From assembly GCA_036648415.1 (NCBI GenBank), contig JAVXIJ010000002.1, positions 1-53,454 on the forward strand: a stretch of 53,454 bases of DNA. Reading direction: 5' to 3'. Of the stretch, positions 20,884 through 31,216 are shown piece by piece. The DNA comes from Christensenella sp. GTDB taxonomy: Bacteria; Bacillota; Clostridia; Christensenellales; Christensenellaceae. The notes under the pieces are model-generated. The model was not told where the DNA came from, did not search any database, and was given only the letters and a program-made list of their open reading frames with translations. Each line of letters begins with the position of its first letter. Within the stretch, counting starts at the first letter, position 1. Made by a program: the position numbers and the translations under genes.

Positions 20884-21633
20884 ATGAAGGAAAGACATAA
20901 ATCACATGGCATTGGAAAAACAATACTTATAATTGTACTGGTAATTTTACTGCTTGCGGGCGCGGGATATTTTACATATGTTTATTTTCAGGTAGAGGAT
21001 ATTCGTGTGGAGGGTAATTCTGCATTTTCAACGGGTGATATTGCAAAGCTTGCGGATGTGCCGCCAAAAACGCATATGTTTTTTGTGAAAACAGATGAAA
21101 TTGAAGAGAAAATTGAAGCCGAGCCTCATCTTGAAGTAGTAAGTATAGAAAAACAGTATCCTAAAACATTAGTGGTTAAGATTATTGAGCGTATTCCGGA
21201 AGCAGTCACGAACTATGCGGATCAGTTTTTGTTGCTTGATATAAATGCTAATGTCATGGAAATGGGTACAGAAAAGCAACAGGGAACGTATCCGCTTGTG
21301 ACAGGGCTCGCAATTGACGCAGTTAATATCGGAAAGCAAATTGCAACACAGGATGAGTTTAAGGTGACAGTTTACACAGAGCTTATGACCGCACTCAAAG
21401 AAAAAGAGATTAAAGATGTGATGGCTACCATCGATTTTTCGGATATAAATAATATAAAGCTCATAACAAATGATGGGCTCACTATTAAGTTCGGACAGGC
21501 AGATAAGATTACAGATAAGGTGAAGATGATCAAAAAAATGATACCTAAGCTTGCAGCGAGCGGTGATATGACAGGCGTTTTGGATGTAACAATGGGAATA
21601 TCCGCAACATATCAATTAAATGAAGGCGCATAA
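20884..21633 (+). CDS. ftsQ: Cell division protein FtsQ/DivIB
   Basis: N-terminal TM, a POTRA domain (F.V..I.VEGN...K.YP.TL.V.I.ER.P) and dcw position; GGAGG RBS before ATG 20884. Confidence 0.85.
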   Translation: MKERHKSHGIGKTILIIVLVILLLAGAGYFTYVYFQVEDIRVEGNSAFSTGDIAKLADVPPKTHMFFVKTDEIEEKIEAEPHLEVVSIEKQYPKTLVVKIIERIPEAVTNYADQFLLLDINANVMEMGTEKQQGTYPLVTGLAIDAVNIGKQIATQDEFKVTVYTELMTALKEKEIKDVMATIDFSDINNIKLITNDGLTIKFGQADKITDKVKMIKKMIPKLAASGDMTGVLDVTMGISATYQLNEGA

Positions 21634-21710
21634 ACATCAGAAGTGCGGAACGGATTGCGGGCGAATCAGTGTGTATATATGACAAAAATTGTACAAAAGT
21701 GTTTTGTTTT

Positions 21711-21766
21711 TTGAATAAATGTGATATTATATGCATAATGGTTTCATATACATGAAATTATATGCT
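21711..21766 (+). promoter_or_regulatory. Putative internal promoter of ftsA-ftsZ with a downstream inverted repeat
   Basis: TTGAAT-17 bp-CATAAT in a 148-bp gap; imperfect IR GCATA..TTTCAT-ATAC-ATGAAA..TATGC. Confidence 0.4.
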
Positions 21767-21781
21767 AAGGTTGGTTTTTGA

Positions 21782-22963
21782 ATGAGAGATTTCAAAACGG
21801 TTATTGAATTTGGAACGTCGAAGATTTCTTGCACCGTTGCTGAAAAAAAGCAGCGTATGGGGCTGGAAGTTTTAGGTTACTCTCAAATACCATATGCGGG
21901 CATTAAAAAATCAAATTGGGTAGATTCTAAAAATGTAGTATATGCTTTGGAACAAGCGCTTGAATCATGCGAAAGACAGACGGGCTTCAGAATAAGAAAT
22001 GCGGATGTGGGGATACCGGGTTCGTTCATAAAAGTTGTTACAAAGACGGCGCAAGTACCGGTAAAGGGAAGAGTTGCGGAACGCGATATAGATAGATTGG
22101 TCGAGCAGGCGCGGCGTTTTGATATTATGGAAGATTTAACGCTTGTACATGAATGGCCTGCGTGGTTTTTGTTAGATGACAAAAATATTTATTTAGAGCC
22201 ATACAATATACCGACAAAAGTATTGCGAGGTTGCGTGTCTTTTACTTTTGCTAACAAATTTTTCCTTACAGATGTTATGGATTTGCTAAATCATCTGGGT
22301 GTGCGTGTAGATTATTTCATACCCGAACCACTGGCTGAGGCACTTTATTTGCTTCCTTCCGACAAACGTGATTCTTTTGCGGCGCTTGTGGACATCGGTT
22401 ATTACAGCACTAATATTTCATTGATTTACGGAGACTCGATTTTGTATTTTGCCACCATTCCTATGGGCGGCGGACATATCACAAACGATATTTCTTATGC
22501 CATGAAGGTGGAAGCGGAAACCGCAGAGCAGCTAAAAAGAAGGTACACCTTTGGTTTGAGCGACAATAGCAGTATCCCGCAGCTTTTTGCTAAAAATGCA
22601 GAGGGCAAGCTGAAAAAATATCCATATGATTTGTTGAAAGAAATTATTGACGCGCGTGTAGAGCATTTGATTGTTTATGTATGTAAACATCTTACGCGTG
22701 CAGAAGCAAAAATCGGCAGAAAAATAAATATTTATCTTACGGGTGGGGGGCTTGCCTTTATGAAAGGGTCTGATAGTTTCTTCAGAGCAGCCTCAGGAAG
22801 AAGTCCGGCACTTATTAAGGTGCCCAATACAAAGCTGCAACCGCCGGATATGCATTCGGCGTATGCACTTATGCAATATGCGTATGACGGTTACATCCAA
22901 AGCAAGCCACCGACTAAAAAGAAAAGTTTTTTCGGTAAAGCGCAGGATGTGCCGTTTGAATAA
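21782..22963 (+). CDS. ftsA: Cell division protein FtsA (divergent)
   Basis: Actin-fold motifs [27 protein letters not shown] and LTGGG; directly upstream of ftsZ. Confidence 0.85.
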   Translation: MRDFKTVIEFGTSKISCTVAEKKQRMGLEVLGYSQIPYAGIKKSNWVDSKNVVYALEQALESCERQTGFRIRNADVGIPGSFIKVVTKTAQVPVKGRVAERDIDRLVEQARRFDIMEDLTLVHEWPAWFLLDDKNIYLEPYNIPTKVLRGCVSFTFANKFFLTDVMDLLNHLGVRVDYFIPEPLAEALYLLPSDKRDSFAALVDIGYYSTNISLIYGDSILYFATIPMGGGHITNDISYAMKVEAETAEQLKRRYTFGLSDNSSIPQLFAKNAEGKLKKYPYDLLKEIIDARVEHLIVYVCKHLTRAEAKIGRKINIYLTGGGLAFMKGSDSFFRAASGRSPALIKVPNTKLQPPDMHSAYALMQYAYDGYIQSKPPTKKKSFFGKAQDVPFE

Positions 22964-22989
22964 TCGGTCTATATCAAGGAGGAAAACAA

Positions 22990-24192
22990 ATGTCACTTGA
23001 ATTTGATAATAACAGCGAAAATTTTGCGAAAATTCGCGTTTTCGGTGTTGGCGGTGCGGGAAACAATGCTGTCAACAGAATGATAGAATTTGGCGTAAAG
23101 GGTGCGGAGCTTGTTGCAATCAATACGGATAAGCAAGCATTATTTCTGTCAAAGGCTGATCAGAAAATACAAATCGGCGAAAAGCTTACCAAAGGACTCG
23201 GTTCAGGCGCAGACCCCGATATAGGCAGAAAAGCGGCTGAGGAAAGCAGAGATGAACTTGAACAGGTAATAAAGGGTTCTGATTTGGTGTTTGTTGCGTG
23301 CGGGCTCGGCGGGGGCACCGGAACGGGCGCGGCACCTGTAATTGCCGAAATTGCAAAAGAGAATAACAGCCTTACAGTAGGCTTTGTCACCAAACCTTTT
23401 TGGTTTGAAGGACATCCGCGTGCAGTAGCGGCGGATGCAGGATTTGAAGAACTGAAATCGGTAGTAGATACTATTGTTACAATTCCAAATGATAAGCTGC
23501 TTAGCACAGTGGGAAAAGATACACCGCTTGTTGATGCGTTTCGTGTGGCAGATGATGTATTAAGACAGGGAATTCAAGGGATAATTGACCTAATCGGAAA
23601 GCCTGCGCTCATTAACCTCGATTTTGCTGATGTGAAAAAGGTAATGACCTTAAGAGGCGTTGCGCATATGGGCATCGGTATCGGCTATGGTGAAAATAAA
23701 ACTCTGGAGGCGGCAAAGCAGGCTATCAACAGTCCGCTTCTTGATACAACTATTGAGGGCGCGCGCGGTATTATATTCAATGTAACCGGGGATCCGTCGC
23801 TGGGTATGTATGAAATACAAGAAGCGGCTAAAATTATTCAAGAGGGTGCAGATCCGGATGCAGACGTATTTTTCGGTGTGTGCATAGATCCGTCGCTTGA
23901 TGATGAAGTGCGCATTACTGTTATTGCAACGGGCTTTGATGCGCCGGCAAACACAGGCGCGCCGACAACGGTGCAAAAGCAAAAGGTAGATGAAAAATTA
24001 AAATTTGACAGCGGTATTTCATTAGAGCTCGAACAATCTGTTCCGCGTCGGGACAGAACGTCTGATGAATTGTCGGAATTAAAAACAACAGGTGATAAGC
24101 AAATGGGGGATTTAGAGCCGTTTGGTGATGAAGATTTGGAAATCCCGTCATTTTTGAAGAAAAAGCCGAGAAGAAACAGAACAGATTATTAA
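22990..24192 (+). CDS. ftsZ: Cell division protein FtsZ
   Basis: [20 protein letters not shown] signature, NLDFAD T7 loop, C-terminal LEIPSFL peptide. Confidence 0.98.
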   Translation: MSLEFDNNSENFAKIRVFGVGGAGNNAVNRMIEFGVKGAELVAINTDKQALFLSKADQKIQIGEKLTKGLGSGADPDIGRKAAEESRDELEQVIKGSDLVFVACGLGGGTGTGAAPVIAEIAKENNSLTVGFVTKPFWFEGHPRAVAADAGFEELKSVVDTIVTIPNDKLLSTVGKDTPLVDAFRVADDVLRQGIQGIIDLIGKPALINLDFADVKKVMTLRGVAHMGIGIGYGENKTLEAAKQAINSPLLDTTIEGARGIIFNVTGDPSLGMYEIQEAAKIIQEGADPDADVFFGVCIDPSLDDEVRITVIATGFDAPANTGAPTTVQKQKVDEKLKFDSGISLELEQSVPRRDRTSDELSELKTTGDKQMGDLEPFGDEDLEIPSFLKKKPRRNRTDY

Positions 24193-24204
24193 ATCATAAA
24201 ATGC

Positions 24205-24238
24205 GAAAAGGCTGCCCTCAAAAAAGGCGGCTCTTTTT
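24205..24238 (+). terminator. Terminator after ftsZ
   Basis: GAAAAGGCTGCC...GGCGGCTC followed by TTTTT. Confidence 0.6.
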
Positions 24239-24244
24239 GTGTTC

Positions 24245-24273
24245 TTGTATAGTTCACATATCTTTGTTATAAT
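24245..24273 (+). promoter_or_regulatory. sigmaA promoter of the radical SAM gene
   Basis: TTGTAT-17 bp-TATAAT with an extended -10 TG. Confidence 0.65.
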
Positions 24274-24337
24274 AAGCGCATAGATGGTGGCTACATAGCC
24301 ACTTTTAAATATGTGAAAGCAACCACAGGTGTAAATA

Positions 24338-25807
24338 TTGAATATACTTTTTGTTTCGCCTAAAGCCCCAAAAACTTTTTGGAGCTTTAGTTATGCTTTG
24401 AAATTTGTATCGAAAAAAGCAAATTTCCCGCCATTAGGGCTTATAACGGTGGCATCGCTGCTGCCGGCGGAGTGGGATAAAAAGCTCGTGGACATGAATG
24501 TAGAGAAGCTCAGGGATAAGGATATTCTCTGGGCAGATTATGTATTCATCAGCGCAATGGTAATTCAAAAGGAATCAACGCATGAAGTGATTGCGCGCTG
24601 TAAGGCGCTTGGGATAAAAACAGTAGGCGGCGGGCCGCTGTTTACGGCAGAGCATATGGAATTTGATGATGTCGACCACATTTTGATGTATGAGGGCGAA
24701 CTCAGTATACCGCAATTTTTGGCGGATTTAGAGAATGGAACGCCTAAGCATCTTTATGAATGGATAGGCTGGCCTGAAATTACAGAAACGCCTGTGCCTG
24801 CATGGGAGCTTATTAAAACTAATAAATATACAATGCTTAATTTGCAATATTCGCGCGGATGTCCGTTCAATTGTGAATTTTGTAATGTAGTTTCGTTGTT
24901 TGGCCATAAACCGCGCACAAAAACGATAACACAGTTAATTGATGAGCTTGAACGAATTTATGCTTGCGGATGGCGGGGCAGTGTCTTTTTTGTGGATGAT
25001 AATTTTATAGGCAATAGAAATAAGCTTAAAAAAGAAGTGCTCCCTGTAATAATTGCATGGATGAAAGAAAAAAATTATCCCTTTAAGTTTTTCACGGAAG
25101 TTTCTGTTAATTTGGCAGATGATGATGAACTGATGAATTTGATGGTGGCTGCCGGTTTTGATAATGTTTTCGTAGGGATTGAAACAGTCAGCGAGGAGAG
25201 CCTTGCAGAATGCCACAAAACACAAAATACGAACAGAGATCTTGAGAAAAGCGTGAATATTATACAGCAAAAGGGTATTCAGGTTCAGGGCGGTTTTATT
25301 TTGGGCTTTGACAGTGATAAGGCGACGATTTTTGAGCGAATGACATCTTTTATTCAAAAGAGCGGTATCGTAACGGCTATGGTCGGTATGTTAAATGCGC
25401 CCAAAGGCACGGAGCTTTATAAGCGATTGAAGAAAGAGGGTAGGCTTGCGACTGATTTTTCAGGAACAAATACAGATATAAATTTTGTGCCGCGGATGAA
25501 TATTGACAAATTGCGCGCAGGATATAAAAAGGTAGTGGAAACTATTTATTCGCCTAAGCGTTATTTTGAACGTGTAAAAGGTTTTTTGAAACGCTATACG
25601 CCACCGATACATACGCGTAAAAATATTACATTCGGCAATATTGTTTCTTTTGTAAAGGCAAGCTTTATATTGGGGATTATATCTAAAGAACGTGTATATT
25701 ATTGGAAATTGTTTTTTTGGTCATTGTTTAAAAAACCTGCTGTTCTTGCGATGGCTGTTACGTTTACGGTCTATGGCTATCACTTTAGAAAAAGTTTAAA
25801 TGTATGA
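24338..25807 (+). CDS. B12-binding-domain radical SAM protein (DUF4070-type C-terminus)
   Basis: N-terminal PPLGL.TVA...GGP...GEGE-like B12-binding domain, SRGCPFNCEFC (CxxxCxxC), FFVDDNF, FILGFD.D; TTG start. Confidence 0.88.
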   Translation: MNILFVSPKAPKTFWSFSYALKFVSKKANFPPLGLITVASLLPAEWDKKLVDMNVEKLRDKDILWADYVFISAMVIQKESTHEVIARCKALGIKTVGGGPLFTAEHMEFDDVDHILMYEGELSIPQFLADLENGTPKHLYEWIGWPEITETPVPAWELIKTNKYTMLNLQYSRGCPFNCEFCNVVSLFGHKPRTKTITQLIDELERIYACGWRGSVFFVDDNFIGNRNKLKKEVLPVIIAWMKEKNYPFKFFTEVSVNLADDDELMNLMVAAGFDNVFVGIETVSEESLAECHKTQNTNRDLEKSVNIIQQKGIQVQGGFILGFDSDKATIFERMTSFIQKSGIVTAMVGMLNAPKGTELYKRLKKEGRLATDFSGTNTDINFVPRMNIDKLRAGYKKVVETIYSPKRYFERVKGFLKRYTPPIHTRKNITFGNIVSFVKASFILGIISKERVYYWKLFFWSLFKKPAVLAMAVTFTVYGYHFRKSLNV

Positions 25808-25833
25808 TAAACGTGTAAAACAACTAACACGAC

Positions 25834-25894
25834 AAAATAACATTCGTAATATTACGAATGTTATTTTATATTACCACGATTTAGTTCGGAATAG
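25834..25894. promoter_or_regulatory. Putative PurR-type operator (paired PurBoxes) overlapping a perfect 34-bp palindrome
   Basis: CGAA (25855) and TTCG (25885) are 26 bp apart. The reverse complement of the right box is TATTCCGAACTAA, close to the AWWWCCGAACWWT PurBox. Promoter TTGCGC-17-TATTAT follows at 25897-25925. Confidence 0.6.
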
Positions 25895-25971
25895 TGTTGC
25901 GCAAGTAAGGCTATTTTAGTATTATAGTATATAGGTTTTATACTTATTATTTTAATTGTAGGAGGTATTAT

Positions 25972-27429
25972 ATGGAAAGGTTTTTCAAGCTGAAAGAAAA
26001 CGGCACTAAGGTTTCAACAGAAGTGATTGCAGGGCTTACCACATTCTTTGCAATGTCCTATATCATTTTTGTAAACCCGAGTATCTTATCAGCAACAGGA
26101 ATGCCGTCGCAGGCTGTATTTTTAGCAACAATTTTTGCAGCGGCGATTGGTACACTCGTTATGGCACTGTTTGCGAATGTGCCGTACGCACAGGCGCCGG
26201 GGATGGGGCTTAATGCGTTTTTCACTTACACGGTGTGCTTCGCGTTAGGGTTCACTTGGCAGCAAGCTCTCGCAATGGTATTCATATGTGGTATTGTAAA
26301 CATTATTATCACGGTTACCAAGCTCAGAAAAGCAATTATTAAATCCATTCCTGAATCATTGCAGCACGCTATCGGAGGCGGCATAGGTATATTCGTTGCC
26401 TATATCGGTATCAAAAATGCAGGGCTTATTACATTTGCATCCGATCCGGGAACAATTCTTTCAATCAATGGTTCGGCATTTGCAGCAGATGCTACATATA
26501 CAGGCATCACAAATGTAATGTCAAGCGGCGGTGCGGTTCCGGCTTTGGCGGTATTTAATTCGCCGGCTATCATTCTTGCAATCATTGGCCTTGTACTGAC
26601 GATAATTTTACTTGTTGCTAAGGTAAAAGGTGCTATTTTGATTGGTATTATCGCAACAACAATTATCGGTATTCCTATGGGAGTTGTAGATCTTTCTACC
26701 GCTGCCATTTCTGCGAATGGGCTCGGGGAATCCTTTCAGCAGTTAGGAACAACCTTTGGCGCGGCATTCGGACCGCAAGGTATGCAGTCATTATTTGCCG
26801 ATTCATCTAAAATACTGATGGTACTCATGACGATATTTGCGTTTAGCATATCCGATACCTTTGATACAATCGGTACATTTATCGGCACAGGTCGTCGCAG
26901 CGGGATTTTCAGTGCGAATGATATGAAGACAATGGAAACAGACAGTGGATTCAAGTCCAAGCTGGATAAAGCTCTGTTTGCAGATGCCATTGCAACATCT
27001 ATCGGTGCTGTGATCGGCACGTCTAATACGACGACTTATGTGGAAAGTTCGGCGGGTATTGCGGCAGGCGGACGCACAGGGCTTACAAGTCTTGTAACGG
27101 CAATTGCGCTTCTTGCGTGTGTATTTTTAGCTCCGGTGATGGGGATTGTACCGGCGCAGGCGACAGCTCCGGCACTCATTGCGGTTGGTATAATGATGAT
27201 GTCCTCGTTTAAGGAAATAAAATGGGGAGATTTCGAGGAAGCTGTTCCGGCATTTTTTGCGGGTGTGTTTATGGCGCTTTGTTACAGTATATCGTATGGT
27301 ATCGCGGCAGGCTTCTTATTCTATTGCATCGTGAAGATTGTGCGCGGAAAAGCAAAAGAATTGCATCCGATTCTTGTAGTATCAACAATTTTGTTTGTAA
27401 TAAACTTTATTGTTTTGGCAGTGCTCTAA
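25972..27429 (+). CDS. NCS2/AzgA-family purine (guanine/hypoxanthine) permease
   Basis: F.LKENGT...E..AG.TTF..M.YI..VNP, APGMGLNAFF, FDTIGT, YVESSAG...GGRTGL; first gene of the pur operon. Confidence 0.93.
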   Translation: MERFFKLKENGTKVSTEVIAGLTTFFAMSYIIFVNPSILSATGMPSQAVFLATIFAAAIGTLVMALFANVPYAQAPGMGLNAFFTYTVCFALGFTWQQALAMVFICGIVNIIITVTKLRKAIIKSIPESLQHAIGGGIGIFVAYIGIKNAGLITFASDPGTILSINGSAFAADATYTGITNVMSSGGAVPALAVFNSPAIILAIIGLVLTIILLVAKVKGAILIGIIATTIIGIPMGVVDLSTAAISANGLGESFQQLGTTFGAAFGPQGMQSLFADSSKILMVLMTIFAFSISDTFDTIGTFIGTGRRSGIFSANDMKTMETDSGFKSKLDKALFADAIATSIGAVIGTSNTTTYVESSAGIAAGGRTGLTSLVTAIALLACVFLAPVMGIVPAQATAPALIAVGIMMMSSFKEIKWGDFEEAVPAFFAGVFMALCYSISYGIAAGFLFYCIVKIVRGKAKELHPILVVSTILFVINFIVLAVL

Positions 27430-27445
27430 AAGTAAATGATGAAAG

Positions 27446-27487
27446 GGTATTTAAGCCGGCATTGTTCGGCTTAAATACCTAATTTTT
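27446..27487 (+). terminator. Intergenic stem-loop between the permease and purE (partial terminator or mRNA stabiliser)
   Basis: 13-bp perfect stem GGTATTTAAGCCG/CGGCTTAAATACC followed by an interrupted T tract. Confidence 0.55.
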
Positions 27488-27518
27488 AAAAGGCAAGAAA
27501 TAAGGAGATTTTTATATA

Positions 27519-28010
27519 ATGAAAGTAGCAGTAATTATGGGGTCGAAAAGCGATCTCCCGGTTCTACAGCCAACGATTGACACATTAAAAGATTTTGGGA
27601 TTGAAGTAGCGGCGCATATTATGTCGGCGCACAGAACACCTGAATTGGCGGCGGATTTTGCGAGTCACGCAAAGGACAACGGAGTGGAAGTAATCATTGC
27701 CGCGGCAGGTAAAGCCGCACATTTAGCAGGCGTTATAGCAGGGCATACAATATTACCGGTGATTGGTTTGCCTATCAAATCATCTACAATGGATGGGCTT
27801 GATTCATTGCTTTCAACAGTGCAGATGCCGGAGGGTATTCCTGTTGCGACGATGGCAATCAACGGCGGAAAAAATGCCGCATTATTAGCAGTGCAGATTC
27901 TCGCATTAAAATATGATACATTGAGCGATTTATTATATAAATTTAAACAAGATATGCAGCTTAAGGTTATAGCTGCGGATGCTGAACTTGAAAGGGAGTT
28001 GTCAAAATGA
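27519..28010 (+). CDS. purE: N5-CAIR mutase / AIR carboxylase
   Basis: [36 protein letters not shown]. Confidence 0.96.
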   Translation: MKVAVIMGSKSDLPVLQPTIDTLKDFGIEVAAHIMSAHRTPELAADFASHAKDNGVEVIIAAAGKAAHLAGVIAGHTILPVIGLPIKSSTMDGLDSLLSTVQMPEGIPVATMAINGGKNAALLAVQILALKYDTLSDLLYKFKQDMQLKVIAADAELERELSK

Positions 28011-28714
28011 AAAAGACTGAACAGATGTATGAAGGCAAGGCAAAAAAAGTATTTAAAACAGACGATCCGAATTATGTAATTGTGGATTATAAAGATGACG
28101 CAACGGCATTTAACGGTCTTAAAAAAGGCACGATTGTCGGCAAGGGCGCAGTTAATAATAAGGTATCAAATCATATGTTTAAAATGCTCGAAAAGCATGG
28201 TATCCCCACGCATTTTGTGGAAGAAATTTCTGAGCGCGAAACAATTGTAAAAAGCGTTTCTATAGTGCCTGTGGAAGTGATTGTAAGAAATATTGCGGCG
28301 GGCAGTCTGTCTAAACGTTTAGGCATTCCCGAGGGAACAAAGCTGAAGCAAACTGTGCTTGAATACAGCTATAAAGATGATGCACTCGGTGACCCGATGA
28401 TAAACAATTACCATGTTTATGCAATGGGGCTTGCAACGCCTGAAGAAATGGAAAAAATTGCGGAATATTCTTTTAAGATCAATGAAATCATGACGGATTA
28501 TTTGAAACAGTTCGATATAGAACTGATTGATTTTAAGCTTGAGTATGGCAGATGCAATGGTAAAATTATCCTTGCGGATGAGATTTCTCCCGATACTTGC
28601 CGCTTTTGGGATTCAAAGACGGGTAAAAAGCTTGATAAAGATAGATTCAGACAAGATCTTGGCAATGTAGAGGACGCATATCAAGAAATTCTTAGCAGAT
28701 TGATGGGAGAGTAA
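28007..28714 (+). CDS. purC: SAICAR synthase
   Basis: [43 protein letters not shown]. Confidence 0.97.
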   Translation: MKKTEQMYEGKAKKVFKTDDPNYVIVDYKDDATAFNGLKKGTIVGKGAVNNKVSNHMFKMLEKHGIPTHFVEEISERETIVKSVSIVPVEVIVRNIAAGSLSKRLGIPEGTKLKQTVLEYSYKDDALGDPMINNYHVYAMGLATPEEMEKIAEYSFKINEIMTDYLKQFDIELIDFKLEYGRCNGKIILADEISPDTCRFWDSKTGKKLDKDRFRQDLGNVEDAYQEILSRLMGE

Positions 28715-28718
28715 ATAT

Positions 28719-30182
28719 ATGCTCATTGAGCCAAACAGTCATTATAATTATGAGCGTTGGAAGCCAAAGGATGATGTGATGTCTGAGGAATGCGGCGTTT
28801 TCGGAATATATATGGACGATCATCATTATGACCCGGCAGAGGCAATCTATCTCGGACTGTATGCGTTGCAGCATAGAGGACAGGAGAGTGCCGGTATTGC
28901 TGTAACTGACGGAAAAGGCGTTAAGTTTCATAAAGGAATGGGTCTGTGCTCTGAGGTGTTCAAGGATAATCTTGATACGCTTTTAGGTGGGCACATAGGA
29001 ATAGGGCATGTGCGTTATTCCACAACGGGTGACAGCAAAGAGGGCAATGCTCAGCCGCTTGTAATGTCATATCGCGGTGGGCAGCTTGCGTTGGCACATA
29101 ACGGAAATCTTATAAACAGCACTATGCTTCGTGAAAAAATGGAAGATGAAGGAACTATTTTCCAGACAAATATTGATACAGAGGTTATGGCTAACCTTAT
29201 TGCACGGCATTCAAAACATGGAATGCTAAAGGCAATTACGGCAATGATGAAGGTGGTGCGTGGTTCTTATGCGCTTGTTATAATGACGCATGATGAGCTC
29301 ATAGCTGTGCGTGACCCATTGGGAATTCGGCCGCTTGCACTCGGAAAACTTGACAACAGCTATGTTGTGGCTTCCGAATCATGCGCATTTGACGCGATAG
29401 ACGCGGAGTTTGTGCGGGATGTGCGCCCGGGTGAAATCATTGTAATTAACAAAGACGGGCTAAGGTCTTATCAAGCATGCTCATCAATGGAAACTGCGCT
29501 TTGTGTGTTTGAATATGTTTATTTTGCGCGACCGGATTCTGATATTGATGGAATAAGCGTATACCGTTCGCGTGAAAATATGGGAATAAAACTTGCGCAG
29601 GCATTCCCGATTGATGCCGATCTTGTGAGTGATGTGCCGGATTCGGCAACGCCTGCGGCTTCGGGGTATGCGGCAGAGAGCGGCATTCCTTATGCCAAGG
29701 CGCTTGCAAAGAATAGGTATGTGGGACGAACCTTTATTCAGCCATCGCAGGCATTGCGTGAACGCGGAGTAAAGCTAAAGCTAAATGCAATGAAGCGCAA
29801 TGTGCATGGAAAGCGGCTTATTTTGATTGACGATTCCATAGTACGCGGGACGACAAGCAGGAAAATTGTGGAGATGCTAAGGCTTGCAGGTGCGCGTGAG
29901 GTGCATATGTTAATTAGCTCACCGCCTGTGGTTTGCCCGTGCTTTTTCGGAATAGATACACCTTCACATGATCAGCTTATAGGTTCTAAAAATTCGGTGG
30001 AGGAAATAAGAAAAATTATCGGAGCGGATACACTTCACTATTTATCTATAGAGGACCTTTTAAAGACGGTAGAGGGTGCGGGCTGTAATTTCTGCGCAGG
30101 CTGCTTTAACGGGCGTTATCCGGTAGATATTAAGAAGGCTTTAAAGGAAACAGAAACACTCGACTTGGCGACGATAGAATAG
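28719..30182 (+). CDS. purF: Amidophosphoribosyltransferase (Fe-S type, with propeptide)
   Basis: [30 protein letters not shown] and Fe-S cysteines (CVFE, PCFFG, FCAGC). Confidence 0.96.
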   Translation: MLIEPNSHYNYERWKPKDDVMSEECGVFGIYMDDHHYDPAEAIYLGLYALQHRGQESAGIAVTDGKGVKFHKGMGLCSEVFKDNLDTLLGGHIGIGHVRYSTTGDSKEGNAQPLVMSYRGGQLALAHNGNLINSTMLREKMEDEGTIFQTNIDTEVMANLIARHSKHGMLKAITAMMKVVRGSYALVIMTHDELIAVRDPLGIRPLALGKLDNSYVVASESCAFDAIDAEFVRDVRPGEIIVINKDGLRSYQACSSMETALCVFEYVYFARPDSDIDGISVYRSRENMGIKLAQAFPIDADLVSDVPDSATPAASGYAAESGIPYAKALAKNRYVGRTFIQPSQALRERGVKLKLNAMKRNVHGKRLILIDDSIVRGTTSRKIVEMLRLAGAREVHMLISSPPVVCPCFFGIDTPSHDQLIGSKNSVEEIRKIIGADTLHYLSIEDLLKTVEGAGCNFCAGCFNGRYPVDIKKALKETETLDLATIE

Positions 30183-30202
30183 TCAGAAAATTAGGAGAGA
30201 AT

Positions 30203-31216
30203 ATGTCAGTTACTTATAAAGATGCAGGTGTGGACGTTGAGCGCGGTTATGAAGCGGTTAAGTTGATGAAGGAGCACGTAAAAAAAACCTTCAATAAAGA
30301 TGTAATTACAGATTTAGGCACATTTGGCGGTATGTATGATATCGGCAACGGACAGGTGCTGGTTTCGGGAACGGACGGCGTGGGAACTAAGCTTAAGGCG
30401 GCTTTCGCCATGGAAAAAAATGATACGGTGGGAATAGATTGCGTGGCGATGTGCGTGAATGATGTTATATGCCACGGCGCGCGACCGTTGTTTTTTCTTG
30501 ATTATATTGCCACAGGCGCGCTTATTCCGGGTGTAGCATCTGATATTGTGGGTGGTATTGCGGAAGGCTGTGTACAGTCGGGTTGTGCACTTATCGGCGG
30601 TGAAACTGCTGAAATGCCGGGTTTTTATACGGATGGTGAATATGATCTTGCAGGTTTTTGTGTGGGGTTGGTGAACAAAAAAGACATTATCAACGGCTCG
30701 AAGATTGCTGCGGGGGATAAGATTCTCGGGCTCGGTTCTACAGGCGTGCATTCAAACGGGTTTTCTTTGGTGCGCAAGCTGTATGCAATGGATAACACGC
30801 TGAATTCCATAAAAGTCGAAAAAACAGGGCAAACCTTGGGTGAGATGCTTTTGACGCCCACAAAGATTTATGTGAAATCAATTTTAAATTTGATTGAAAA
30901 GGTTTCGGTAAAGGGAATTGCACATATTACAGGCGGCGGATTTTATGAAAATATACCGCGCGTTTTGCCAAAAAATACAGATGCAAAAATTACCCTTGGT
31001 TCGTGGGATATGCCGTATGTTTTTGAAAAATTGGTAGAAGATGCAGAGCTTTCGGAGCATGACGCATACAATACATTTAATATGGGTATCGGGATGATTG
31101 TAGTGGTAAAGCCTGAGGATGAAATAACAGCAACTGAGGCGCTCAGCGCGTCGGGGGAGAAAGTATTCTCAATTGGTGAGATTACAGAAGGCAGTGGGTG
31201 TGTAAGGTTATGTTAA
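30203..31216 (+). CDS. purM: AIR synthase
   Basis: [40 protein letters not shown]. Confidence 0.97.
   Translation: MSVTYKDAGVDVERGYEAVKLMKEHVKKTFNKDVITDLGTFGGMYDIGNGQVLVSGTDGVGTKLKAAFAMEKNDTVGIDCVAMCVNDVICHGARPLFFLDYIATGALIPGVASDIVGGIAEGCVQSGCALIGGETAEMPGFYTDGEYDLAGFCVGLVNKKDIINGSKIAAGDKILGLGSTGVHSNGFSLVRKLYAMDNTLNSIKVEKTGQTLGEMLLTPTKIYVKSILNLIEKVSVKGIAHITGGGFYENIPRVLPKNTDAKITLGSWDMPYVFEKLVEDAELSEHDAYNTFNMGIGMIVVVKPEDEITATEALSASGEKVFSIGEITEGSGCVRLC

Noticed and set aside
25808-25971. Purine or ZTP riboswitch ahead of the permease-pur operon
   Set aside because: No aptamer consensus is visible, and the predicted 5' UTR is only about 40 nt.
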